From positions 62,001-126,000 of the IMG/VR virus record IMGVR_UViG_3300042455_001086: a stretch of 64,000 bases of DNA, one strand, 5' to 3'. The notes below the pieces were generated by a model, which saw only the letters and a list, made by a program, of their open reading frames with translations, had not been told where the DNA came from and ran no database searches. Below are positions 46,976-55,859 of this stretch, piece by piece. The translations under genes and the position numbers were made by a program. Each line of letters opens with the position of its first letter. Position 1 is the first letter of the stretch.

Positions 46976-47802
46976 ATAGCTAACTCTAATTTTGAATTTA
47001 TTTTAGTTATACCGTCAATTCCGGTAATCTCAAAATCATCAATTGTGTAGTCGTAGAAGTTTTTATTTTCTTTTAAAATTAACTTTGGTTGTATGTCTAA
47101 TGGTTCCTTGTTTAATAGTTCTGAAACACCATCAAAATGCCTATCGTATATATGTAGGTTCTGAACCAAATGACAAAACTTACCAACTTTATAGTCACAA
47201 TGTCCCGCAACCATCATTAAAAGTGCCGTATATTGAATTTTGTTAATATAACCAGCAACTAAATAGTCGTTGCTACGTTGGATAAGTGTCATATCAAGAG
47301 TTAATTCTCCGTTATTTTTTCTTACCGAGAATAGTATTTCGTATGCGCAAGGAAATAAACCTTTTGTTTCAAATAAATCGTGATACTGAAACATATTGAT
47401 GATATGTCTTCTACCAAACGGATCATCAATTAAACCTACTAATAATCTATCAATTAAATTGTATCTTCCGATTGTTGCACCATATCTCTGTCCGATTGTA
47501 TCATCACCAATATTCCATTCTTCCCACCAGTTAATACCCATCTCACGAGCCACTCTCAATGATGAAGTTTGTTTTTGATATATCCATAAAATTTCTTTAA
47601 TACCTGTTTTAATTGCGGTATTTCTTAATGTTGGGATTGGAAACTCTTCTTTTGATATGTCATACTCTTCAAAAACTCCTGTAATAAATTTTGAGTTTGC
47701 CGGTGTTCCATCCTCGTATTTTGGTCTTGGGTTTTCATCCCAAGAACCTTCTTTTATAATTTTTTGGATGTTTTGGATGTAATATTTATCCGCTTTATTC
47801 AT
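46972..47802 (-). CDS. thyA: Thymidylate synthase
   Basis: ELLWI-like EILWIY, PCAY catalytic Cys, QRSND, NLHIYDRH. Confidence 0.95.
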   Translation of the reverse strand: MNKADKYYIQNIQKIIKEGSWDENPRPKYEDGTPANSKFITGVFEEYDISKEEFPIPTLRNTAIKTGIKEILWIYQKQTSSLRVAREMGINWWEEWNIGDDTIGQRYGATIGRYNLIDRLLVGLIDDPFGRRHIINMFQYHDLFETKGLFPCAYEILFSVRKNNGELTLDMTLIQRSNDYLVAGYINKIQYTALLMMVAGHCDYKVGKFCHLVQNLHIYDRHFDGVSELLNKEPLDIQPKLILKENKNFYDYTIDDFEITGIDGITKINSKLELAI

Positions 47803-48028
47803 TTTCTTTTTTAAAATATTCGTTTATCTGTTCTTCGTGTGGTTTATTTAATTCGTCCAAACAATCAGCAATTAACCTTAAACTATATGGCGACCAATAT
47901 CCTTTTTCTTTATTGGCCTGGTAGTAAAAATACCCATTAATATCTTTAATTGCGTGTCCAATATTTTTGTTCCCATAAAATAATTCAAATAACCCTGGTG
48001 TGAGTTCTTCGGTTGTTATTCTATTCAT
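47795..48028 (-). CDS. Hypothetical protein
   Basis: 77-aa ORF. Confidence 0.6.
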   Translation of the reverse strand: MNRITTEELTPGLFELFYGNKNIGHAIKDINGYFYYQANKEKGYWSPYSLRLIADCLDELNKPHEEQINEYFKKENE

Positions 48029-48524
48029 AACTTTCTATTTTTTTGTCGTTGTATGTTATTGTGATTAGTTTGGTTGGAATATTTTTTTCATCTAAAACTT
48101 TCTTTAATCTATCTGTACCTAAACTCTCCCATTTTACAAATTGAGTATGTTTATCTTTTTCTATTAAATCATATCTCTCTTCCAAATTCAACTCTCGTTC
48201 TTCAATCTTTAATCCCCACCTTTGAGAGAACTCAATATCAGTTTTACATTTTTTGATAAATTCATCTTTTGTTAATTTAATTTTATCCCCCATTATCCAG
48301 TAATAACCCATATAAGCCTCATTCAATAAGTCTGGTTCGTCTTTACCATAATGTTCCAATTGATTTTCGTTGAAGATGTGTAATAATCCGTATTCGTCCA
48401 TTTCACCAATCACTCGGACTTCACCAGCAATTGTTTCAAATACACCAACAATTGTACAAGGAAATTTATAACCTTTTGGTTTGTGAGCCTTGTCCCCCAC
48501 TTTAAATTTTGTTTCTTTATTCAT
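48021..48524 (-). CDS. Two-module hypothetical protein
   Basis: FKVGD..KPKGYKF SH3-like N-terminus. Confidence 0.65.
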   Translation of the reverse strand: MNKETKFKVGDKAHKPKGYKFPCTIVGVFETIAGEVRVIGEMDEYGLLHIFNENQLEHYGKDEPDLLNEAYMGYYWIMGDKIKLTKDEFIKKCKTDIEFSQRWGLKIEERELNLEERYDLIEKDKHTQFVKWESLGTDRLKKVLDEKNIPTKLITITYNDKKIESYE

Positions 48525-48536
48525 ATTTATTTTATT

Positions 48537-48764
48537 TTATTTATATATTGATGATCTTGAATTAAGTCTCTGACTCAATAAAGTTTCCTTGAAGCACTTA
48601 ACAAATTCCTCTTTTATATCTTCAACAACTATTCCATCACCCCACACCATTACGTCTTTCTTAACCCTATCTTTCCAATGATAGTTTGTTGGGTAGTTGT
48701 ATAAAAGGAAGTTCTCCATTTCCTCCATAGTAAAGGAAAGTTCTATTTTAATTTGTTCACTCAT
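48537..48764 (-). CDS. Hypothetical protein
   Basis: 75-aa ORF. Confidence 0.55.
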   Translation of the reverse strand: MSEQIKIELSFTMEEMENFLLYNYPTNYHWKDRVKKDVMVWGDGIVVEDIKEEFVKCFKETLLSQRLNSRSSIYK

Positions 48765-49203
48765 AATCTTTATAATAGTATTTATCTAACAATTCTCTAC
48801 ATTTTTTTGTGACATATTCCAAGGTCCAATTTTGTTTAAAACCATCTCTGAATCCTTCTTCACCTTTTGACATCCATTCGATTGCAAATGCAAAGTTTTC
48901 AAAATCTTTTTCCATCTGGCTTAAGTAAGAATTGGCTTCAAGTAATTCTGTAATATCATAACCATTCTTATGTAACCATAAAACCACTTTGGAATTATCA
49001 AAATGTAATATGCAATTGTCCTGACCATTGTGAAACTCAATACCTATAATTGACCGACCATCAAATGTTATTTGTTGTTTGCCATCTTCAGTGATTACCG
49101 GTTCAAATGATAATTTTTTAAACCAATAATATTTCTCATTTGGATAGACAAATTTTAAAATATCTTTTGCTTCGTCTTCTGTTAGTTCTTTAATGTTTTT
49201 CAT
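48757..49203 (-). CDS. Hypothetical protein
   Basis: 148-aa ORF. Confidence 0.6.
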   Translation of the reverse strand: MKNIKELTEDEAKDILKFVYPNEKYYWFKKLSFEPVITEDGKQQITFDGRSIIGIEFHNGQDNCILHFDNSKVVLWLHKNGYDITELLEANSYLSQMEKDFENFAFAIEWMSKGEEGFRDGFKQNWTLEYVTKKCRELLDKYYYKDYE

Positions 49204-49206
49204 TTC

Positions 49207-49470
49207 TTACCAACTTATTTCCCAATAACCGTCTCTTTGAACATCATACCACCGAACTTTATATCCCAATCTTTCAAGATGAACTCTTGTTGGGTGTGAT
49301 AGTATGTCTTTATAAATTGAGAACTTACCTACTGTTGCCGCTTCCTTAATTTCTTCAATTGTATCCACAATCTCTGGAGTTATTTTAATTTCTTCTGCGA
49401 GCTTTCTTGCTTCTTGTGCGTTCATATCTATTTTATTAAAATTCGTGTTTTCCTGGTTTAATTTTTCCAT
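49207..49470 (-). CDS. Hypothetical protein
   Basis: MNAQEARKL...LERLGYKV. Confidence 0.6.
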   Translation of the reverse strand: MEKLNQENTNFNKIDMNAQEARKLAEEIKITPEIVDTIEEIKEAATVGKFSIYKDILSHPTRVHLERLGYKVRWYDVQRDGYWEISW

Positions 49471-49678
49471 CCAAAATATCTTTCATAACTTTTGGTTGGT
49501 AATCTTCAAGTAATTGTTTTTGTGTTACTTCCCACCCAATTGGTGGTAATGTATAATCTTCAAAATATGTATACCTGATCATTCCTTGAATGTTTTCACC
49601 ACACTCTTTAACTTCTCCGGTTTCGTGGATTGTTGCCTCAAATTTACCTTCTCCAATATGTTTAATTGTGTAACCCAT
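49436..49678 (-). CDS. Hypothetical protein
   Basis: 80-aa ORF. Confidence 0.55.
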   Translation of the reverse strand: MGYTIKHIGEGKFEATIHETGEVKECGENIQGMIRYTYFEDYTLPPIGWEVTQKQLLEDYQPKVMKDILDGKIKPGKHEF

Positions 49679-49680
49679 CT

Positions 49681-49983
49681 TTATTTTCTTTTAAATAATA
49701 TATCAATAATTCTATTAATTGTCCAATCTCTTTTCTTTTCTTTGATGGTTTTTGGTTTCTCTTTGAATGGATTGTGATAGAGATTCGTCTCGGTGTCGTA
49801 GAAATACATAAATGAGCGTAAAAAAACTTGGTGTTGACTTTCTGGAATATTTGTGAAATCGGCAATTATCTTAACAGGTAATTCAGATTTATGCCCAGCA
49901 AGTGTTATACCAGTATTAATTTCAACAATTGGTTTAACATTTATCGTTAAACTATTTTTGGTGTCTAATGTTATATTACTCAT
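49681..49983 (-). CDS. Hypothetical protein
   Basis: 100-aa ORF. Confidence 0.55.
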   Translation of the reverse strand: MSNITLDTKNSLTINVKPIVEINTGITLAGHKSELPVKIIADFTNIPESQHQVFLRSFMYFYDTETNLYHNPFKEKPKTIKEKKRDWTINRIIDILFKRK

Positions 49984-50204
49984 CTTGATATTACTTTACA
50001 ATTATTTACATCTATGTCGTGTGATTTTCCATCAACCTTAACTCTGTAATACATTCCATATAAATTCTGCCATTCTTTAACAACTTCAAATTGTTCTCCG
50101 GTTTTAAATCTTTTTTCAACAAGCCCTGGTCTATAATAATTCAATAGTTCGTGACGATAGTGTTCGCACAAACAATCTTTTTTAACTTCTATTACCATCT
50201 TCAT
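49980..50204 (-). CDS. Small SH3-like hypothetical protein
   Basis: 74-aa ORF. Confidence 0.55.
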   Translation of the reverse strand: MKMVIEVKKDCLCEHYRHELLNYYRPGLVEKRFKTGEQFEVVKEWQNLYGMYYRVKVDGKSHDIDVNNCKVISR

Positions 50205-50219
50205 CTTTGTTTTGTTTTA

Positions 50220-50399
50220 CTATTTAATACCAATTCCCTCTCCGTCAATGTATATTAACTTTACCGTTTCACCATCACCTATAATTGTTAAAGTGGGATA
50301 TTCATCATCTGGAACAGGATAGGTGGGTTTTATTTCATAACGATATTCATAACAAATTTTATCCACTTTATCAAGAAACTCTTTCATTTTATTTGTCAT
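50220..50399 (-). CDS. Small hypothetical protein (59 aa, not in ORF track)
   Basis: Hand translation MTNKMKEFLDKVDKIC...GIK*. Confidence 0.5.
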   Translation of the reverse strand: MTNKMKEFLDKVDKICYEYRYEIKPTYPVPDDEYPTLTIIGDGETVKLIYIDGEGIGIK

Positions 50400-50494
50400 C
50401 TCTTAAATTTTGATTTAATTTTCATCCAAACTATTTCGGGAAAGTTCCATAACCACCAAAAAAATACATAAAATTTTTTCATCAATCAATCATT

Positions 50495-50722
50495 TTATAT
50501 GAAATATTTTGAGTGTATCTCTTGTCTTTTATTTGATAACCGATATTCAAGTGGTGATATGATTGTGGCGTAATTCAATGCCCCTAATTTTCGATCTAAT
50601 TGATTGTAAAAATTTCTAATCAACCTCTTTGCAACAAATGTTTGTTCTCGTGTTTCACAAGAATCAATTACCTTTTCAATCCATTTTGCTACGTCTCCGT
50701 AATGTGTGCTTCTATTTTCCAT
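50495..50722 (-). CDS. KWIEKVIxSCET family protein
   Basis: Paralog of 60106 and 60641; TATATTTG 4 nt before ATG. Confidence 0.7.
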   Translation of the reverse strand: MENRSTHYGDVAKWIEKVIDSCETREQTFVAKRLIRNFYNQLDRKLGALNYATIISPLEYRLSNKRQEIHSKYFI

Positions 50723-50745
50723 AATACAAATATAAAAAAAATTGA

Positions 50746-51003
50746 TTAATTCTCCAAATAAAAATCTTTTCCAGATTTCATTACATATTGAACTGTAACA
50801 CCATCGTTTGTTATTAATTCAATAAACATTGGTTTTCCGGTGTATAAACATAACTCAAATGAATGTGCCGTTGGTTTCATTGACATTATAAGTAATCTCT
50901 CCGGTCCAAGTATTTTAATTGAGGATCCATCAAGTGACAGTTCTTCATTTATGTCAATTTTAACACAATTATCACAAATGGATTCGGCATTTAAATTTTT
51001 CAT
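50746..51003 (-). CDS. Hypothetical protein
   Basis: 85-aa ORF. Confidence 0.55.
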   Translation of the reverse strand: MKNLNAESICDNCVKIDINEELSLDGSSIKILGPERLLIMSMKPTAHSFELCLYTGKPMFIELITNDGVTVQYVMKSGKDFYLEN

Positions 51004-51377
51004 ATATTTTCTTTTTGTTCTACAATCTCAATTAAATTAGTTAGACAATCAAGTTCGGCTTCTTCGTAAGTATAAAATAATTTAGTTGTTGTTGGGTAAT
51101 ACTCTGATCCAATTTCAGATTTAATACTTACCACACCTCGTCTTAAACTTCCACCAAAAGATTCATCTACCCATCCACTTAAACCATGTTTCTCTCTAAA
51201 CCATCTAAATGCTGACTGCCAAGTTGGTGCTGAAATACTTTCAAAATCTCTTTCATCCGAGTTGTAAGTAATACCAAAATTCCATTTACCATCAGCGAAA
51301 TATGACATACATCGTTCATCATAACCCAATGCTTTCATTCTTAAAGCCAAAGGATATATTACAAATTCTTTTTCCAT
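51000..51377 (-). CDS. Conserved hypothetical phage protein
   Basis: SAPTWQSAFRWFREKHGL...YEEAE. Confidence 0.7.
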   Translation of the reverse strand: MEKEFVIYPLALRMKALGYDERCMSYFADGKWNFGITYNSDERDFESISAPTWQSAFRWFREKHGLSGWVDESFGGSLRRGVVSIKSEIGSEYYPTTTKLFYTYEEAELDCLTNLIEIVEQKENI

Positions 51378-51395
51378 AATACAAATATAATAAAA

Positions 51396-52133
51396 TTATT
51401 GTTCCATAGTTGGTTTCAACCACATTAATTTGTTTTCAAAGATATATCTTTTTAATGTTGGGTATTGATCTAATATATCCAGAGTTCTCATCGTGTCGTG
51501 TTTAAAACATTTATATAGTTCTTCCCGGATTCTTTCAGCCGATACAACACTCATTTTACTTTCGTAATCGTAGTTATTAATGTAGTAATCAAGATGTCTT
51601 AAACTAAATCCTTTTGTAATTGAAAACCTAATTGCTCTAATAATTCTTAATGGATCGTCGTCAAAAGTTTCTTTTGTATGTAATGGTGTTTTTAATACCA
51701 TATTTTTTAGATCCTCCATTCCACCAAATAGGTCAATGATGTTTCCATCTATATCTATGGCCATTGCGTTGACCGTGAAATCTCTTCTTGTTAAATCATC
51801 TTCCAATGTTCCAGGTAAAACAATTGGTGTTCTTGTTCCCATTATATAACCAGTTTCCTTTCTTGCCATAACAAAGTCCGCAACTAATCCACTATGAATG
51901 TGGTCTTTTGGAAATTTTGCCCTAATTGTAAAACAATCCGGTGTTACCAAAAAGATTTCAAATCCTTCTTCTTTAAGGAACCCTTCAAGAATATTAAACA
52001 TTGTGTGTGGTGATCCAATATCTTTTAATAGGTCTTCACTTGGTACCACGGTGTAATCAACATCTTTTGATGTCAAACCGAGTATTTCATCTCTGACTTT
52101 GCCACCAACCTCGTAAAATTTAAATAAACTCAT
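51396..52133 (-). CDS. cca: tRNA nucleotidyltransferase (CCA/PAP family, no HD domain)
   Basis: VGGKVRD..KDVD, DDLTRRDFTVNAMA, DDPLRIIRAIRF. Confidence 0.88.
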   Translation of the reverse strand: MSLFKFYEVGGKVRDEILGLTSKDVDYTVVPSEDLLKDIGSPHTMFNILEGFLKEEGFEIFLVTPDCFTIRAKFPKDHIHSGLVADFVMARKETGYIMGTRTPIVLPGTLEDDLTRRDFTVNAMAIDIDGNIIDLFGGMEDLKNMVLKTPLHTKETFDDDPLRIIRAIRFSITKGFSLRHLDYYINNYDYESKMSVVSAERIREELYKCFKHDTMRTLDILDQYPTLKRYIFENKLMWLKPTMEQ

Positions 52134-52134
52134 A

Positions 52135-52665
52135 TTAAATTTTTTTAAGTATCAAACAACCATCTGAATCTAATTTTGGTTGTTCTTTTGGTTTGTCTTC
52201 AGTATACGATGTTGAAAATCCACCTAATGATTGGTCATAGAAACAGGGTTCCATTTTAATTTCAACATCAATTTCTATTTGTTGTTGGATAGATGAGACA
52301 GCCATATCCATTCTGTCTAACTCTGAAATAGTTTTTCTGTCATAATTTGCAAAATTAAATATAGCTTGTTTAACATCTTCCAAAGTAAACACCTTGTCTT
52401 TATTCAGTTCGATTGCTTTGCTGAATCCGTTTTTAAATCCATATTCAGTATCATCTTGTGCTGTTGGATATATTGAATGGTATTTAGCAAAATCATAAGC
52501 CAACTTATCCAAGTCATAACCATTCTTAATGTCGATACAATTTTTAACCGATAATTTATTTGTAATAGCCATTAGAGGACCACCTTCTGTATCTGCAAAT
52601 AACTTACCATCAACTGTAAGCCAATACGTATCCGAATTTAGTGATTTATATAATTTTCCTTTCAT
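52135..52665 (-). CDS. MKGKL family protein
   Basis: Paralog of 52975 and 60877. Confidence 0.7.
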   Translation of the reverse strand: MKGKLYKSLNSDTYWLTVDGKLFADTEGGPLMAITNKLSVKNCIDIKNGYDLDKLAYDFAKYHSIYPTAQDDTEYGFKNGFSKAIELNKDKVFTLEDVKQAIFNFANYDRKTISELDRMDMAVSSIQQQIEIDVEIKMEPCFYDQSLGGFSTSYTEDKPKEQPKLDSDGCLILKKI

Positions 52666-52676
52666 ATCAAATCTTT

Positions 52677-52973
52677 TTAAAGTTGTTTTTTAAAAATTGT
52701 AAACATAATCCCAATACCAATTAACATTCTATCAACAATCATTTGAGTATGACATCCATAGAATGGAATATAAAATTCATTAGGTAATTTCCAAAATATG
52801 AAAGACCCAATTAATAGTAATATATTAAAGAATCCAAATACAATAAAGAGTGGTGCTAAAATGCTTAAAATAGTTTTTCCAAACCATAACCAAGTTTCTT
52901 TATCTGTTTCTTTTAAAGACATAAAAGCTCTTACGGGAGATAAATACAAAACAATATTTAGAAACGTTTTCAT
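52677..52973 (-). CDS. Membrane protein
   Basis: Multiple hydrophobic helices. Confidence 0.65.
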   Translation of the reverse strand: MKTFLNIVLYLSPVRAFMSLKETDKETWLWFGKTILSILAPLFIVFGFFNILLLIGSFIFWKLPNEFYIPFYGCHTQMIVDRMLIGIGIMFTIFKKQL

Positions 52974-52974
52974 A

Positions 52975-53454
52975 TCATATCTTTTTAAGTATTAAACATC
53001 CATTTGGGTCTAAAAACGGAAATGATGTTTCTTCTTTTGGAAAAATTCTTGTAGAATCTAAGCCATCCCAAATATCATCCATCTCAATCTCAACTTCAAT
53101 TTCTGTTGGTTGTAGTATTGGTTGAGTAAATTCCGCAAAAGTACCTTTATTGTATACACAAAAATCCCAAAGATTTCCCATATCCTCCAAAGTAAAAACC
53201 TTGTCTTTATTCAACTCTATTGCTTTTTTGAAACCCTCTTTAAAACCAATATGACCGTAATGTTCATTATAATCACCATTAACATTAGCATACTCATCAG
53301 CCAACTTCTCAACATAAACTACTCCAAATATCTCATCGCAGTTTTGTTTGGATAGTTTTTTACCTTCAGTCACACCATTTGTAATTGCTACTACTTCTCC
53401 ATTTGTGTCTTTAAGTAAATAATCATTCCCTGTTTTAATTAATTTTCCTTTCAT
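52975..53454 (-). CDS. MKGKL family protein
   Basis: Paralog of 52135; TATCTTTG 4 nt before ATG. Confidence 0.7.
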   Translation of the reverse strand: MKGKLIKTGNDYLLKDTNGEVVAITNGVTEGKKLSKQNCDEIFGVVYVEKLADEYANVNGDYNEHYGHIGFKEGFKKAIELNKDKVFTLEDMGNLWDFCVYNKGTFAEFTQPILQPTEIEVEIEMDDIWDGLDSTRIFPKEETSFPFLDPNGCLILKKI

Positions 53455-53479
53455 AGTTCAAAGATACAAAACTTTTTTT

Positions 53480-53512
53480 AAAAAACAAAATCCCACCTAT
53501 AAAGATGGGATT
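53480..53512 (-). terminator. Intrinsic terminator
   Basis: aatccca/tgggatt stem with A-rich plus-strand flank. Confidence 0.7.
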
Positions 53513-53540
53513 AAATATTTTGAAACCTTGTTGTTTTTTA

Positions 53541-54563
53541 TTAGTCAATAACGATTGCTCTTAACGAGTCAGATGTTAATGAATCTGATTTTATGTAAAT
53601 TAATTTATTTTCGTGTCTCTTTAAGAAATTATCCAAAGTATCATTATAGGTTGACATAAGATATTGTTTACCATTAATCATTATATTAGCATCCATCGTA
53701 TAATGAATTTCAGTTTTGGTTCTAACCATTTGATGACCACATTCAGGACAAAATTTCCAAGATGATTTTTTAATCTTTGTTGAACACTTTGGACATCTAT
53801 CAATCAAATCTTTCTTCTCAAATGGTTTTTGAGATTCTGGTAATATCTTCCAAGTTGATGTTGATACGGTCCAAGAATTGAAATTTTTACTTACGGTTTT
53901 AAATGTTTGATTACTTGAAGATCCCATCTCAACTCTTCCTGTTTCAACTGATTTAGATTTTTTTGCAAAACTTCTTGGTTTTTGGTCGTATTTTCTTTCA
54001 AACTTATTTGATCGTGCGTTGTTACTGAAACTTAATTTACCACTATTATTACTAGTAATATCCACATTTGACGAGTAATTAACATTTGAAGTGTATAAAT
54101 TGTTTCCAATTACATCATTAGTTGATGTAAGATGAGTAACACCAAAACCAGCGGTTCCGGTATTAAAGTAAGTTGGATTCCAATTTAAATTATTGTTTAA
54201 TCTTCCAATAATTATATCTTCTTCCTCATAAAACAAAACTTCAACATCTCCGTTGTTTGCAATTGCGTTTTTTGTTTCATTTGAACCATCAACGGTATAA
54301 GTTTCAAACTTAAATTTGTTTGGAACATCAAGGTATCTTTCAAGAAATACTCTTTCACCTGGACGTAAAACAATTCCACCTCCGTTAATAAATTCTCCGT
54401 TTATTGAGATTTTTGATAGAACGGTTTTTTTAGATCCATTATAGAGTTCAATTTCAAATTCTGAACCGTCTTTTAGATAAACATTCTGACCGAATTGTTT
54501 AATCCTTTGTTTGTTTTTTGTGATATAAGCACACGGCTTATCACTGATTTGATTGTAATACAT
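53541..54563 (-). CDS. Conserved jumbo-phage beta-sandwich protein with zinc ribbon
   Basis: VYLKDGSEFEIELYN..ERVFLERY; CPKC..WKFCPECG. Confidence 0.75.
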   Translation of the reverse strand: MYYNQISDKPCAYITKNKQRIKQFGQNVYLKDGSEFEIELYNGSKKTVLSKISINGEFINGGGIVLRPGERVFLERYLDVPNKFKFETYTVDGSNETKNAIANNGDVEVLFYEEEDIIIGRLNNNLNWNPTYFNTGTAGFGVTHLTSTNDVIGNNLYTSNVNYSSNVDITSNNSGKLSFSNNARSNKFERKYDQKPRSFAKKSKSVETGRVEMGSSSNQTFKTVSKNFNSWTVSTSTWKILPESQKPFEKKDLIDRCPKCSTKIKKSSWKFCPECGHQMVRTKTEIHYTMDANIMINGKQYLMSTYNDTLDNFLKRHENKLIYIKSDSLTSDSLRAIVID

Positions 54564-54663
54564 TTTTCCTTATTTTATTTGTTTATTTTATTGGATGCCG
54601 ATTTGTTGGTTTTACCCAACTCAAATGTTTCAAGAACACTCGGAATCCAGTAACAAGGTTTCA
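54564..54663 (-). promoter_or_regulatory. Structured ~100-nt 5' UTR
   Basis: TGGAT/ATCCA and CCGA/TCGG closing two hairpins; 5' 12 nt complementary to 53521-53532. Confidence 0.5.
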
Positions 54664-54716
54664 GGAATAAATATATTATGATTTTGTTTTTTGTAAATAA
54701 AAAGATGGGTTTTAAT

Positions 54717-55085
54717 TTATCTTGCAATTTCCTTTGCTTGTCGTCTTAATTCTTTTGCTTCAGCTTCGAGTTCTCTGGCTCTACCAAGTAATGAATTTAT
54801 TTCTTCGGCGGTTTCCGGTGTCATATACTCAATGTAATCTGCACTATGACGATTGTGCATTCCTGTTAAATATTTTTTCTTTGGGACTTTATCTATTTTA
54901 ACATATTTCCCATCTTTCATCAAATACATAAACTTACCTTGTACTTTATTTCTTAAAATATCGGCAGACCAAGTTCCGGTATCATCAATATCCGATTTTT
55001 TAATGATGTTAAATTTATGATCTTCAACAACACGATTAACAATTCTTGTCAAATCAGATTCGGTAAGTTTTATGATTTTTTTCAT
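54717..55085 (-). CDS. Leader-bearing protein
   Basis: MKKIIKLTESDLTRIV. Confidence 0.75.
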   Translation of the reverse strand: MKKIIKLTESDLTRIVNRVVEDHKFNIIKKSDIDDTGTWSADILRNKVQGKFMYLMKDGKYVKIDKVPKKKYLTGMHNRHSADYIEYMTPETAEEINSLLGRARELEAEAKELRRQAKEIAR

Positions 55086-55094
55086 AACAATAGA

Positions 55095-55466
55095 TTATTT
55101 AATTATTTTTTGTTCCAGAACACCAATCAATTGTTTTGTATATAAATCAATGACATTTTGATATTCAGAAATCAACTTATTTACATTTTCGGTTAGTTTT
55201 ACTAATTTGGAATGTTCGTCATCAGATAAAAAATAAAATGTTGTTTTCGGTAGATCATCTTTTATATTTTTTACCTTAACTATTTTATAATCACCCTTTT
55301 TATTTAAATCTAAATAATATGGTTTATAGCCTTCTGATATGAGTTTTTGATTCCAAGTGTTTGATATTTGTGATCCATATACAATTCTATCACTTTTGGA
55401 TTCTTTTATTATCTTACCAACAATTCTTGTTAAATCCGATTCAGTAAGTTTTATGATTTTTTTCAT
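55095..55466 (-). CDS. Leader-bearing protein
   Basis: MKKIIKLTESDLTRIV; leader DNA near-identical to that of 54717. Confidence 0.75.
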   Translation of the reverse strand: MKKIIKLTESDLTRIVGKIIKESKSDRIVYGSQISNTWNQKLISEGYKPYYLDLNKKGDYKIVKVKNIKDDLPKTTFYFLSDDEHSKLVKLTENVNKLISEYQNVIDLYTKQLIGVLEQKIIK

Positions 55467-55477
55467 AATAATAAATA

Positions 55478-55849
55478 TCACATTCTTTCAAAATAGAAAA
55501 CAACAGGAATATTTGTCTCCTGGATTAAACCAAAATCTTTTGCCATTCGGTAATTATTATTGTGATTGTTTAATCTTTCTATTTGAAGTCCGATTTCTTT
55601 TCTAAACATCTCAAGATTGAATGTTGATTTCCACCGGTTACATCTCGCACAGCTTGGCATTAAATTTTCAAAATCATCGGTTCCCCTTTCAACACCCCAA
55701 ACTTCAAGGGTTGTTACTTTATCATTCCGGTATAATGGTTTGATGTGGTCCACTTGCATTTGTTTTATGGTAATTTCCTTACCACAATAACCACAATGTC
55801 CATCACATTTATTATAAACTTCTTGTCTGTTTATTTTGGTTTTGGACAT
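55478..55849 (-). CDS. HNH endonuclease
   Basis: CGYCG..QVDHIKP..NLMPSCARCN. Confidence 0.88.
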   Translation of the reverse strand: MSKTKINRQEVYNKCDGHCGYCGKEITIKQMQVDHIKPLYRNDKVTTLEVWGVERGTDDFENLMPSCARCNRWKSTFNLEMFRKEIGLQIERLNNHNNNYRMAKDFGLIQETNIPVVFYFERM

Positions 55850-55859
55850 TAATTTAATT

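Noticed and set aside
46972-47802. Group I intron in thyA (as in T4 td)
   Set aside because: The reading frame is continuous and full length, with all motifs present.
53521-54663. IS element defined by the 12-bp inverted repeats
   Set aside because: The enclosed protein shows no DDE/HUH transposase motif and no target-site duplication is evident.
55478-55849. HNH gene as an intron-encoded homing endonuclease splitting a host gene
   Set aside because: Flanking ORFs are complete, each with its own start and stop; it appears free-standing.
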